Of a stretch of DNA of 64,000 nucleotides, positions 18,203-26,095 are shown piece by piece. The notes under the pieces were generated by a model. It searched no databases. It was not told the DNA's origin and worked only from the letters and a program-made list of their open reading frames with translations. The DNA is from Alkalispirochaeta sp. (GTDB taxonomy: Bacteria; Spirochaetota; Spirochaetia; DSM-27196; Alkalispirochaetaceae): assembly GCA_965242725.1 (NCBI GenBank), contig CBDESZ010000005.1, positions 32,001 through 96,000 of the forward strand. Direction: 5' to 3'. How positions within the stretch are numbered: the first letter of the stretch is position 1; every line of letters starts with the position of its first letter. The position numbers and the translations under genes were made by a program.

Positions 18203-19278
18203 AGTACGACGTAATCCTCATAGGCGCCGGCCCCATCGGTATCGAAATGGCTGCGGTGCTGCGGCGCGCAGGTATTTCCTGTCTCCATGTGGAAAAGGGG
18301 GCGATCGCCTCCACCATTGCGAGGTGGCCTAGAAATACCCGCTTCTTTTCCAGTCCCGAATGGATCGCCGTCGCGGGGATCCCTATTCAGACGGCGGGCC
18401 AGGAAATCATCACGGGTGAGGACTATCTCGCCTATCTTCGACACGTTGTTGAAACTCTTGGTCTGGAGATTCACACCTACCAGGAGGTATTGTCCATCAC
18501 AGGCGGGAAGGATGATTTTACCGTATCGACGGAAGACAATACGGGCACGCGCCGGGAATACTTCGCGAGACGGATCATTCTTGCAACGGGAGATATGAAC
18601 TCTCCCCGGAAAATCGACATTCCCGGAGAAGATCTGTCTCATGTCACTCATTTGTGGACCGATCCCCACTACTATTTCCAGCGGGATCTCCTCATCGTGG
18701 GCGGCCGCAACTCAGCCGTTGAAGCGGCGATCCGCTGCTGGCGAGCGGGAGCGCGGGTCACGATAAGCTATCGCGGTGACAGCCTGGACGAGCGGCGGCT
18801 CATCTCGCGGCTGTGGCTCGAGGTGGACCTGCTCGTCCGCAATGGCCGGATCACCTTCCATCCCCGTACCGAACCGGTGGAAATCAAAAGAGGCGTAACC
18901 GTTCTTCGGCGTCTGGACGGTTACGCCGGCTCCGACCAAATGACCGTTCCCGCGGACTTTGTCTATCTCGCAACCGGTTTCACCATGGACCGGAGCCTCT
19001 ACGAACAGTGCGGAATCTCCATGGAGGGCGATGAACGTCGCCCCGTGGTCCAACCGGAGACGATGGAGAGCGACGTTCCCGGCGTCTATGTTGTCGGAAC
19101 GGCGCAGGGCGGCGATCAACGGGGATACAAGGTCTTTATTACGACGAGCCACGACCATTGTCTCAAGGCGGCGCGTGCAATCGCGTCTTCGTTGGGGATC
19201 GGTGCCGCCATTTCTGATAAGTGGGTCGGTAATCTCCCTTCCCGGGACTATCCCTTGACGAGCGGAGACGTTGAGTGA
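18199..19278 (+). CDS. YpdA-like FAD/NAD(P)H oxidoreductase (putative bacillithiol-disulfide reductase family)
   Basis: IGAGPIG FAD motif, ILATG, VGGRNSAVEAA; no CxxC; ATGA overlap with zupT. Confidence 0.75.
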   Translation: MKYDVILIGAGPIGIEMAAVLRRAGISCLHVEKGAIASTIARWPRNTRFFSSPEWIAVAGIPIQTAGQEIITGEDYLAYLRHVVETLGLEIHTYQEVLSITGGKDDFTVSTEDNTGTRREYFARRIILATGDMNSPRKIDIPGEDLSHVTHLWTDPHYYFQRDLLIVGGRNSAVEAAIRCWRAGARVTISYRGDSLDERRLISRLWLEVDLLVRNGRITFHPRTEPVEIKRGVTVLRRLDGYAGSDQMTVPADFVYLATGFTMDRSLYEQCGISMEGDERRPVVQPETMESDVPGVYVVGTAQGGDQRGYKVFITTSHDHCLKAARAIASSLGIGAAISDKWVGNLPSRDYPLTSGDVE

Positions 19279-19426
19279 TTTTTCCTGTATACACGATCGC
19301 GTTGCACATGGTGGGGTAATTACCTATTCCCGAGGGAATTGGCGTCATTCCGTGGGTCTTTTGTCTGTAAATGGTCACAGGGAATGGCTTTGGATAGCCC
19401 TCTGCAACAACGTTCTATATACCCAT

Positions 19427-19456
19427 AAAAAAAGCCGCCCATTTGGACGGCTTTTT
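19427..19456 (-). terminator. Intrinsic terminator, possibly bidirectional, between convergent ypdA-like and rubredoxin genes
   Basis: On the minus strand GCCGTCC-AAAT-GGGCGGC is followed by T7; a T5 run follows on the plus strand. Confidence 0.8.
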
Positions 19457-19472
19457 GAATAAACAACGGAAG

Positions 19473-19637
19473 CTACTCTTCCTCTACCTCGAACTCGTCT
19501 TTTTCCGCGCCACAGACGGGGCATACCCAGTCTTCCGGCAGATCTTCAAAGGCAGTTCCGGGGGGAACGTCGCTGTCCGGATCGCCCTCCGCCGGATCGT
19601 AGATGTACCCGCACATGTTGCATACGTATTTCTTCAT
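19473..19637 (-). CDS. Rubredoxin (54 aa; absent from the ORF track)
   Basis: Translated by hand: [54 protein letters not shown], with two CxxC motifs; GGGAG SD upstream. Confidence 0.97.
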   Translation of the reverse strand: MKKYVCNMCGYIYDPAEGDPDSDVPPGTAFEDLPEDWVCPVCGAEKDEFEVEEE

Positions 19638-19647
19638 TGTACTCTCC

Positions 19648-20325
19648 CTATGGCCACTGAACGTCGGTCAGCAGCGTCAATTTAGTTTTGCTTCTCTCGT
19701 CCGCAGGATTGATTTCCAACGCACGCTGAAAACATTTTATCGCTTCCGTGTTTTTGTGCAACCCATATTGGACGGTGCCAAGCATATAATGAACCTCGGC
19801 AAAGTCAGGCGTCTGTTTAACCAATTCCTGAAGAAGTTCCAGGGCTTCTTCGTATTCCTTCCGTTTGATTTTCAGCTGGGCGAGGTAAAAATTGGCGATC
19901 ATCGACTCGGGAGAAGCGGTGCGGAACTCCGCAAACGCCCGGGATGCGGCTTCGTCTTCACCGAGGAAAAATCGGATTAGACCGACGAAGTACCGCGCCA
20001 TGGCATGGGACTGGCTTCCCATGGAGACGACTTCCTCAAATGCGTGGAGGGCGCCCTTGAGGTCACCCATGCGATAGAGGCAGACGCCGAGTTTATAATA
20101 GACATTTCCCGTTGGTTTGATATCGATGGCTTCACGATAGCGCTCAACCGCGGTATCCAGGTTTCCCCGGGAGTAATCGATATTTCCCCGGAGGAGTTTT
20201 ATGAATACTTCGTTCGGATATTTCCCGTCGAGGTCCTGAAACGCCTTTTCCGCCTGATCCCATTCACCGGAAAGGTAGTACCCCATTGCGTCGATGTAGC
20301 CTGAATCCTGTTGATAACCCTGCAT
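19648..20325 (-). CDS. Tetratricopeptide-repeat protein
   Basis: Several TPR units (YYKLG..LY.MG..K.A; HYMLG......[11 protein letters not shown]). Confidence 0.9.
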   Translation of the reverse strand: MQGYQQDSGYIDAMGYYLSGEWDQAEKAFQDLDGKYPNEVFIKLLRGNIDYSRGNLDTAVERYREAIDIKPTGNVYYKLGVCLYRMGDLKGALHAFEEVVSMGSQSHAMARYFVGLIRFFLGEDEAASRAFAEFRTASPESMIANFYLAQLKIKRKEYEEALELLQELVKQTPDFAEVHYMLGTVQYGLHKNTEAIKCFQRALEINPADERSKTKLTLLTDVQWP

Positions 20326-20444
20326 GATTTCCCCTTTCTGGATGCCCTTTCAGTGTACTAGCGGAATAGTACCGGATCAAGTGAGATTCTTCCAAAAGGC
20401 GCGGCGAAAGAATCTGGTAATTGTGCGCCGTCGAAAGCGGAAGG

Positions 20445-20774
20445 CTACTCCCGTTCAATCAGCAGTTTCGGGTACGGTTCTCCCTGGACGAGGTGGAGCC
20501 GGACGTGCTTGGGATTACCCATCCGTTCCAGCGCCTTGAGACTGAGTTCAACCGAGCCGACCTTGCATTCGTTTTTTTGATAGATATTGCCGTAGATCGG
20601 TTTCGCGTCACCCTGTTCTACCGTAGCGGGGCTGTGGTCGTAATAAAACTGCACCGTCGCATCGCTCATCATCAGGCCGAGATCAAATCCGTCGTTCGGA
20701 TTGATGACGATCTTCTTTTCCGGAAACGAAATGTCGGCAAGGACCTTCAGAAATGCGGTCTCTTTCACGTCCAT
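20445..20774 (-). CDS. Hypothetical protein, probable double-psi beta-barrel fold
   Basis: AGGAG SD; two pseudo-repeats, KIVINPND..DLGL..D.TV and GSVELS...LERMG.P..VRL. Confidence 0.7.
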   Translation of the reverse strand: MDVKETAFLKVLADISFPEKKIVINPNDGFDLGLMMSDATVQFYYDHSPATVEQGDAKPIYGNIYQKNECKVGSVELSLKALERMGNPKHVRLHLVQGEPYPKLLIERE

Positions 20775-20796
20775 TTATACACTCCTTTTTTACCTG

Positions 20797-21621
20797 TCAC
20801 AGCATATTCATACTGCCCCGATACGAGGCGATGTCCAAAACCATCACCATTGCGCCCTCGGTCTTGTCCAGGTCGCCGGTGATATCTTCTATTCCGTTGA
20901 TCATGTCGTCGATATGTTCTTCAGGAACCATCGCGAGAATGGTCTTGCTGTGATGTTTGCTTTCGTTGAGAAACCCGATGAAATCCGCGAAGAGGGGCAC
21001 ATTGGAAATATACTGTCCCATCCCTGCCGACTCGATAATCGTTGCCCCTTCGATTCCCTCTTCGATGAAGAGCTCAAGAACACGGTACAGAAACTCCTCT
21101 ACATACAAATTGACGATCATGAGTTTCATGACCCGCTTCTGTCCGTTTTCCGGACGTTCCATGCGGGTATTTCTGAGAAAGGTCTCATAGAGCGCCGTCT
21201 CGGAACGGGCCGCGAGGAGCTCCTGTTTGAGGTTGGTGTGGCTCAGCGCGCGTGAAACGGCGGCGAGTATTTTCAGGTGGTCCGTCACCGCATCGGGAGG
21301 GCTGAGTATGACAAAAAAGAGTTTTACCTTCTTTTTGTCCAGCCCATCGAAATCGACTCCCCTTGGGCTGGAAACGATAAAGAGGAGAAAATCCTTCAGG
21401 CCGGCGATGCGGGCGTGGGGAATGGCCAGTTCGTTTCCAAAAGCGGTGGAGCCCTGTGCTTCCCGTTCCTGTATCGCCGTTCTGACCGATTCCGCGGAAA
21501 TACCCCGGGCGACGTCGGACGCGACGGCGAGCTCGGATATCCGGGCGATCATGTCGTCTTTGTTCTTTGCGGAAACGTTGACGCGACAACTCTGCTTGTC
21601 GAGGATTTCGTACAGTTCCAT
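20797..21621 (-). CDS. PTS EIIA (type-2/Ntr-like) domain fused to a C-terminal PII-like domain
   Basis: ERE...STAFGNELAIPHAR (phospho-His) and HLKILA motifs; C-terminal ~105 aa with GATIIES.GMG and a PII-like pattern. Confidence 0.85.
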   Translation of the reverse strand: MELYEILDKQSCRVNVSAKNKDDMIARISELAVASDVARGISAESVRTAIQEREAQGSTAFGNELAIPHARIAGLKDFLLFIVSSPRGVDFDGLDKKKVKLFFVILSPPDAVTDHLKILAAVSRALSHTNLKQELLAARSETALYETFLRNTRMERPENGQKRVMKLMIVNLYVEEFLYRVLELFIEEGIEGATIIESAGMGQYISNVPLFADFIGFLNESKHHSKTILAMVPEEHIDDMINGIEDITGDLDKTEGAMVMVLDIASYRGSMNML

Positions 21622-21623
21622 CG

Positions 21624-22907
21624 TTACGCCTCCCTCATGTCGTTTCCCTTGATGATGGCGTATCGGGACAGCGGTGGTCCGATCAGTTCATTCACAAAGA
21701 CGGACAGGAGAATGATATTTACCATCGTTCCGATTATCGGCTGATATCTCATGGGAAGCATCGCCATGGCGGGGGACGCTTCAATAAGGAGGACCAGACC
21801 TATTGCGACACCCGCCTGGGGTAACATGCAAATACCGAGATAGTCCCGGATCTCCCGTCTTGCGCCGGCCATCTTGCTGCCGGCCCACACCCCGCCGTAC
21901 TTGCCCGCCGCCCGGGCGAGGATATATACACCGCCGAGGAGGAGGATCTGGGGGTCCGTAAAGACTTCAGGTCTGAGCTCGGTACCGGCAATGACAAAAA
22001 AGAGCGCATATATCGGAGGGGAGAGGGGGCGAAGAATTCGGAATATCCTGTGATTGTCAGGTGAAAGATTGATGATGAACGCCCCCGCCGTCATGTTGGT
22101 GAGCAGCGGAGAAAGCTTGAAGACGATAGCCGTGGCGGTTGAAAGAAAGAGGATCCCCAGGGTGGTGATCAATATCTCATTCTGGTTTGGGCGTCGCCGC
22201 GCAATGAGGTGTATGGCAAATCCCACGATCGCGCCGAGGAGGAGGGAGAATCCCACTTCCGAAAAGGCGTGGAGGACGATGGACAGGGTGCCGTGGGAAG
22301 CCGTTGCCGCAGCACCCGCCGCCGCGGATGCCTCGGCGCCGAGAATACTCCCTGCAACGGCAAAAACGACACCAAAAAGGATCACCGCACCTGCATCGTC
22401 AAGCGCCACCACACCATAGAGATAGTCGATGAAGGTACCTTTTGCGCGGAGACTCTGGACGATCGCCACGGTGGCCGCCGGCGCGGTTGCGGAGGATATC
22501 GCCCCAAGGAGAAGGGCAAAGGGTGGAGGCATACGCAACAGTATAAGGGCGACGGAGACCACCCCGAAAGCGGCAAGAAGCTGAACGACGGTTATGATGA
22601 CTACCGCCTTCCCCATGCGTTTGAGCTTGACCCAGTAGAACTCACCGCCGATGGTGATGGCGATCAGGCCGAGGGCGACCTCGGTGACAAGGCTGAGTCC
22701 CTGATCCATGTGGTGAGGGATGAAACCGAGAAATGAATCTCCGACGAGCAGACCCGCTACGATATACCCCGTTATTTCCGGAAGTCGAATGACATTGGCA
22801 ATCTTTCCGATGAAGTATCCAAGCAGGAGAAGGATGCCGAGAGAGAAGAGCGCGTGCTGCCCGAGTATTTCCCGTAGTGCGTCCACGACGAGACCACTAT
22901 AATACAA
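21624..22907 (-). CDS. Cation:proton antiporter (CPA2/Kef-like; start TTG 22907 or GTG 22886)
   Basis: LPEITGYIVAG, ATAPAAT, ALDD, FFVIAG and PQAGVAIGL motifs; about 12 TM helices. Confidence 0.92.
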   Translation of the reverse strand: MYYSGLVVDALREILGQHALFSLGILLLLGYFIGKIANVIRLPEITGYIVAGLLVGDSFLGFIPHHMDQGLSLVTEVALGLIAITIGGEFYWVKLKRMGKAVVIITVVQLLAAFGVVSVALILLRMPPPFALLLGAISSATAPAATVAIVQSLRAKGTFIDYLYGVVALDDAGAVILFGVVFAVAGSILGAEASAAAGAAATASHGTLSIVLHAFSEVGFSLLLGAIVGFAIHLIARRRPNQNEILITTLGILFLSTATAIVFKLSPLLTNMTAGAFIINLSPDNHRIFRILRPLSPPIYALFFVIAGTELRPEVFTDPQILLLGGVYILARAAGKYGGVWAGSKMAGARREIRDYLGICMLPQAGVAIGLVLLIEASPAMAMLPMRYQPIIGTMVNIILLSVFVNELIGPPLSRYAIIKGNDMREA

Positions 22908-22909
22908 AG

Positions 22910-22935
22910 CCGATATGGTGTCTCCACCATATCGG
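22910..22935 (-). terminator. Hairpin terminator after the aminotransferase
   Basis: 11-bp perfect stem CCGATATGGTG/CACCATATCGG, followed on the minus strand by CTTTGT. Confidence 0.65.
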
Positions 22936-22962
22936 CCTGAAGTGTCACGGCGGATCGCGGCG

Positions 22963-24162
22963 CTAACGCAACGCGTCCAGGGCGTCTTTCAGGCGCGTAA
23001 TTCCGCGTTCACACTCCTCGGTGGAACAGGAGTAGGCGATGCGGACGTGTCCTTCCCCGGCACTTCCGAAGACGCTACCGGCAACGGTGGCGATGCCGTG
23101 GTCAAAGAGCAGATAGTCGGCGATCTCCTTGGAACTCTTTCCGAACGAAGAAAGGTTGGGAAATGCGTAGAATGCGCCGTCCGGTACCGCCAGGGTAACG
23201 CCGGGTATCGAATTCAGTCCGTTGACGATGATTTCACGTCGTTTGCCGAACTCGGCGATGCGCTCGCTGATGAGAGACTGGTCCCCCGACAGTCCCGCCG
23301 CCGCGCCGTGCTGAATGAAGGTGTTGACGCAGACGGTGGTGTACTGGCGGATCTTGAGAATGTGCATCGTCAATTCCGGACTCGCAACGGTCCAGCCCAA
23401 TCGCCAGCCGTCCATGCTGTAGGTCTTGGAGAATCCGTTAATGACGACCGTTCGTTCCGCCATTCCTGGAACCGAATAAATGGACGGTGAAGTTTCACCC
23501 TGATCGCCAAAATAGATTCGATTGTAGATCTCGTCACTGATGACGATAAGGTTGTGCTTGATTGCGAGGTCGGCGATCGCCTTGAGGTTCTCCATCGACT
23601 CGGTGCACCCCGTGGGGTTTCCCGGTGAGGTCACACAGATCATCTTGGTTTTCGGCGTGATCTTCTTCGCGACGAGATCCGCTCTGAGGGAGAAATTGTC
23701 GGCTTCGCTGGTTTCCACCTCTACCGGCACGCCTCCTGCGAGGGAGACTGTGGATTTATAGTGGTGCCAGTTGGGGTTGGGAATGATGACCTCGTCACCG
23801 GGATTGATGAAGGCCATCATGGTAACCATGATTCCTTCATTGGCGCCGGCCATGACGATGACCTGTGATTCCGGATCAACATCCAGGCCGCTGTCCAGTT
23901 TTGCCCGCGCGGCGATGGCGTTGCGCAACGCCGGAACTCCCCGGTTGGGTGAGTAGTGCACGTCTCCCCGCTGCATCGATGCGGCGGCCGCATCCTTTAC
24001 GTGCTGGGGTGTGTCAAAATCGGTACGGCCGATTTGCCAGTGAATGACGTCCCGTCCTTCATCTTCAAGCTTTTTGACCGCATCAAAGACGCGGCGAATA
24101 CCTGAAAAAGGTACCTTGTCCAGGCGATCGGCGCCGCGATCGGCGGGTGTTTGGGTGCTCAT
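22963..24162 (-). CDS. Class I/II PLP-dependent aminotransferase (aspartate aminotransferase-like)
   Basis: SPGNPTG, SDEIY, NGFSKTYSMDGWRLG and GAFY motifs. Confidence 0.93.
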   Translation of the reverse strand: MSTQTPADRGADRLDKVPFSGIRRVFDAVKKLEDEGRDVIHWQIGRTDFDTPQHVKDAAAASMQRGDVHYSPNRGVPALRNAIAARAKLDSGLDVDPESQVIVMAGANEGIMVTMMAFINPGDEVIIPNPNWHHYKSTVSLAGGVPVEVETSEADNFSLRADLVAKKITPKTKMICVTSPGNPTGCTESMENLKAIADLAIKHNLIVISDEIYNRIYFGDQGETSPSIYSVPGMAERTVVINGFSKTYSMDGWRLGWTVASPELTMHILKIRQYTTVCVNTFIQHGAAAGLSGDQSLISERIAEFGKRREIIVNGLNSIPGVTLAVPDGAFYAFPNLSSFGKSSKEIADYLLFDHGIATVAGSVFGSAGEGHVRIAYSCSTEECERGITRLKDALDALR

Positions 24163-24179
24163 GGGAACTCCTTTCTCCG

Positions 24180-25835
24180 TTATTTATGCTGTTTCAGAAT
24201 CAACCGGCCATAGTCCGACGGGTCAATGACCGCCTGAACAATCGTCGGTCCATCTGCCGCAAAGGCGGTGTCCAGTGCCTTTTCAAACTCCGCTGCATCG
24301 GTAGCCCGTATGACGGGCACGTCAAACATGGAGTCGGCGTACACCGGCGTATCTTCCTTATTATAAAGGGCTGTGCCGTAGGCGTCGAAACTCTTTTTCT
24401 GCTGTTTGAGGTTAATGAGTTCAAGACTGCGGTCGGAGAGCAGGACAAAGACTATACGCTTGCCGATCCGTTTTGCCGTCGCCATTTCACCGGCCATCAT
24501 GAGAAAACCACCGTCTCCGGTCACACACGCAACTTCCCGGTCCGGCTGGGCAACCTTGGCACCCAGTGCGGAGGGAACGCCAAAGCCCATTGAAGACCAG
24601 CCGTTGTCCATGATCTGGGTATATGTGGCGGGTGTGCGCCACATTTGACCGATCAGGTGAGTGTGGGCTCCGACGTCACATGTCATGATACCGTCTTCCG
24701 GCAACTTCTCCCGCAGTGCTTTGAGAACGGCGATCGGTCCGAAGACGGAGGGGTCCGGCTCAAAATGGGCGAATATTTCCTTCCTGTTCCGCTCGACCTC
24801 CGCCATGTCCCACGCGGACGCGATCGGCTTGAGATCCGCCAGACGTTGCAGGGCCGGTTTGATCGAACCGATGACGTTCAGAACGTCGGGATACACAGTT
24901 TCGTCGATGTCCGCGGGAACGACGTCGATGTTGACCAGTTTGACCGCAGGCATCCACGATTCAAAATTGAACTCGACGGGGTCGTAGCCCGCGGCGACGA
25001 CGAGATCCGCCTGCTTGTGGGTCTTTGCAACGTAGTTGCTCAATGCGTGAAAGAGGACGCCGCCATAGGAGGGGTGGTCCTCAGAGAGGATTCCCTTGGC
25101 CATGGGTGTCAGGACTACCGGAACGGAATGGCGTTCCGCGATCTCTTTGATGAGATCACCTGCGCCGGCGCGGACCGCACCGATTCCGACGGCAAGGACC
25201 GGTTTTTTTGCCGTCGCAAATGCCGCTTCCAGTTCTTTCAGTGCCGCCGCGCTTGGCTCCGGCGTCGGAACCGGTTTTGCCGCCGCCGTGTTTGAACCGG
25301 TCCCGGTGACGAGGGCGTCTTTCGTTCCCAGGTCTTCGGGTAACCCGATATGGACGGGACCGGGGCGTTCCGTCGTGGCTATTGCGTAGGCTCGGTCCAT
25401 CGTGGCATCCACGGAACCCGGCTCAAGGCGCATTGTCGCCTTGGTGATCGGTGTATATAACGTCTGCTGATCGATCGCCATTTGGACTGTCCGGCCCATC
25501 ATGTGTTTCGGCGGCTCAGAGGTAAATGCAAAAACCGGATTCCGGTTGAGAAATGCCGCGCCGACACCGGTGGACAGATTGGTGGAACCCGGGCCGATTG
25601 TCGCGTAACATGCTCCGGGAGCGCCGGTAAAATAGGAATATACCGACGCCATGAAACCGGCAGTTGCCTCATTGGATACGAGAACGAACTCCACGCCTCC
25701 GGTGCGCATCGCCTCCATATATGGCAGCCAGGAACCGCTGGGTGTGCCGAATACATGCCGTACTCCGTGTTCCCGCAGCCAGCGTACTAGTTCCGCCGCA
25801 ACTGTTCCCTTCAATGTATCTTCTCCAGAACTCAC
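24180..25835 (-). CDS. ThDP-dependent enzyme (acetolactate synthase/decarboxylase superfamily)
   Basis: E..AGFMA, GPG.TN, RPGPVH, SMGFGVP and GDGGF motifs. Confidence 0.88.
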   Translation of the reverse strand: MSSGEDTLKGTVAAELVRWLREHGVRHVFGTPSGSWLPYMEAMRTGGVEFVLVSNEATAGFMASVYSYFTGAPGACYATIGPGSTNLSTGVGAAFLNRNPVFAFTSEPPKHMMGRTVQMAIDQQTLYTPITKATMRLEPGSVDATMDRAYAIATTERPGPVHIGLPEDLGTKDALVTGTGSNTAAAKPVPTPEPSAAALKELEAAFATAKKPVLAVGIGAVRAGAGDLIKEIAERHSVPVVLTPMAKGILSEDHPSYGGVLFHALSNYVAKTHKQADLVVAAGYDPVEFNFESWMPAVKLVNIDVVPADIDETVYPDVLNVIGSIKPALQRLADLKPIASAWDMAEVERNRKEIFAHFEPDPSVFGPIAVLKALREKLPEDGIMTCDVGAHTHLIGQMWRTPATYTQIMDNGWSSMGFGVPSALGAKVAQPDREVACVTGDGGFLMMAGEMATAKRIGKRIVFVLLSDRSLELINLKQQKKSFDAYGTALYNKEDTPVYADSMFDVPVIRATDAAEFEKALDTAFAADGPTIVQAVIDPSDYGRLILKQHK

Positions 25836-26032
25836 TCTTATCCCCCTTTGTTTTCGGTGTTCCCGTACATTTGCGTATCGACACCAAAGGCTATTTCAAA
25901 TATTATACCTTATACACGATATATGATATGGATAAATGTATCATGCATGAACGGTATGGGCAACGGAAAAGTCGAATGACTTTTTCCTTGCGCGCTCCAA
26001 TTTTGCGTGATACGATCCGAAATATATCAAAC

Positions 26033-26053
26033 ACAATATCAAATGTATATTGT
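26033..26053. promoter_or_regulatory. Inverted repeat ACAATAT-N7-ATATTGT in the divergent promoter; candidate GntR operator
   Basis: Read directly in the AT-rich 25836-26095 region, which also has repeated GATAT/TATCA motifs. Confidence 0.4.
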
Positions 26054-26095
26054 AGAACGATTACATTTTCCGCAGGAAAGTAGGAGAGGTGTGTT

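Noticed and set aside
19276..19400. Selenocysteine read-through of the ypdA-like TGA with a downstream hairpin
   Set aside because: The TGA is at the natural end of the domain, not at a Cys-equivalent position, and the hairpin is too far away for a bacterial SECIS.
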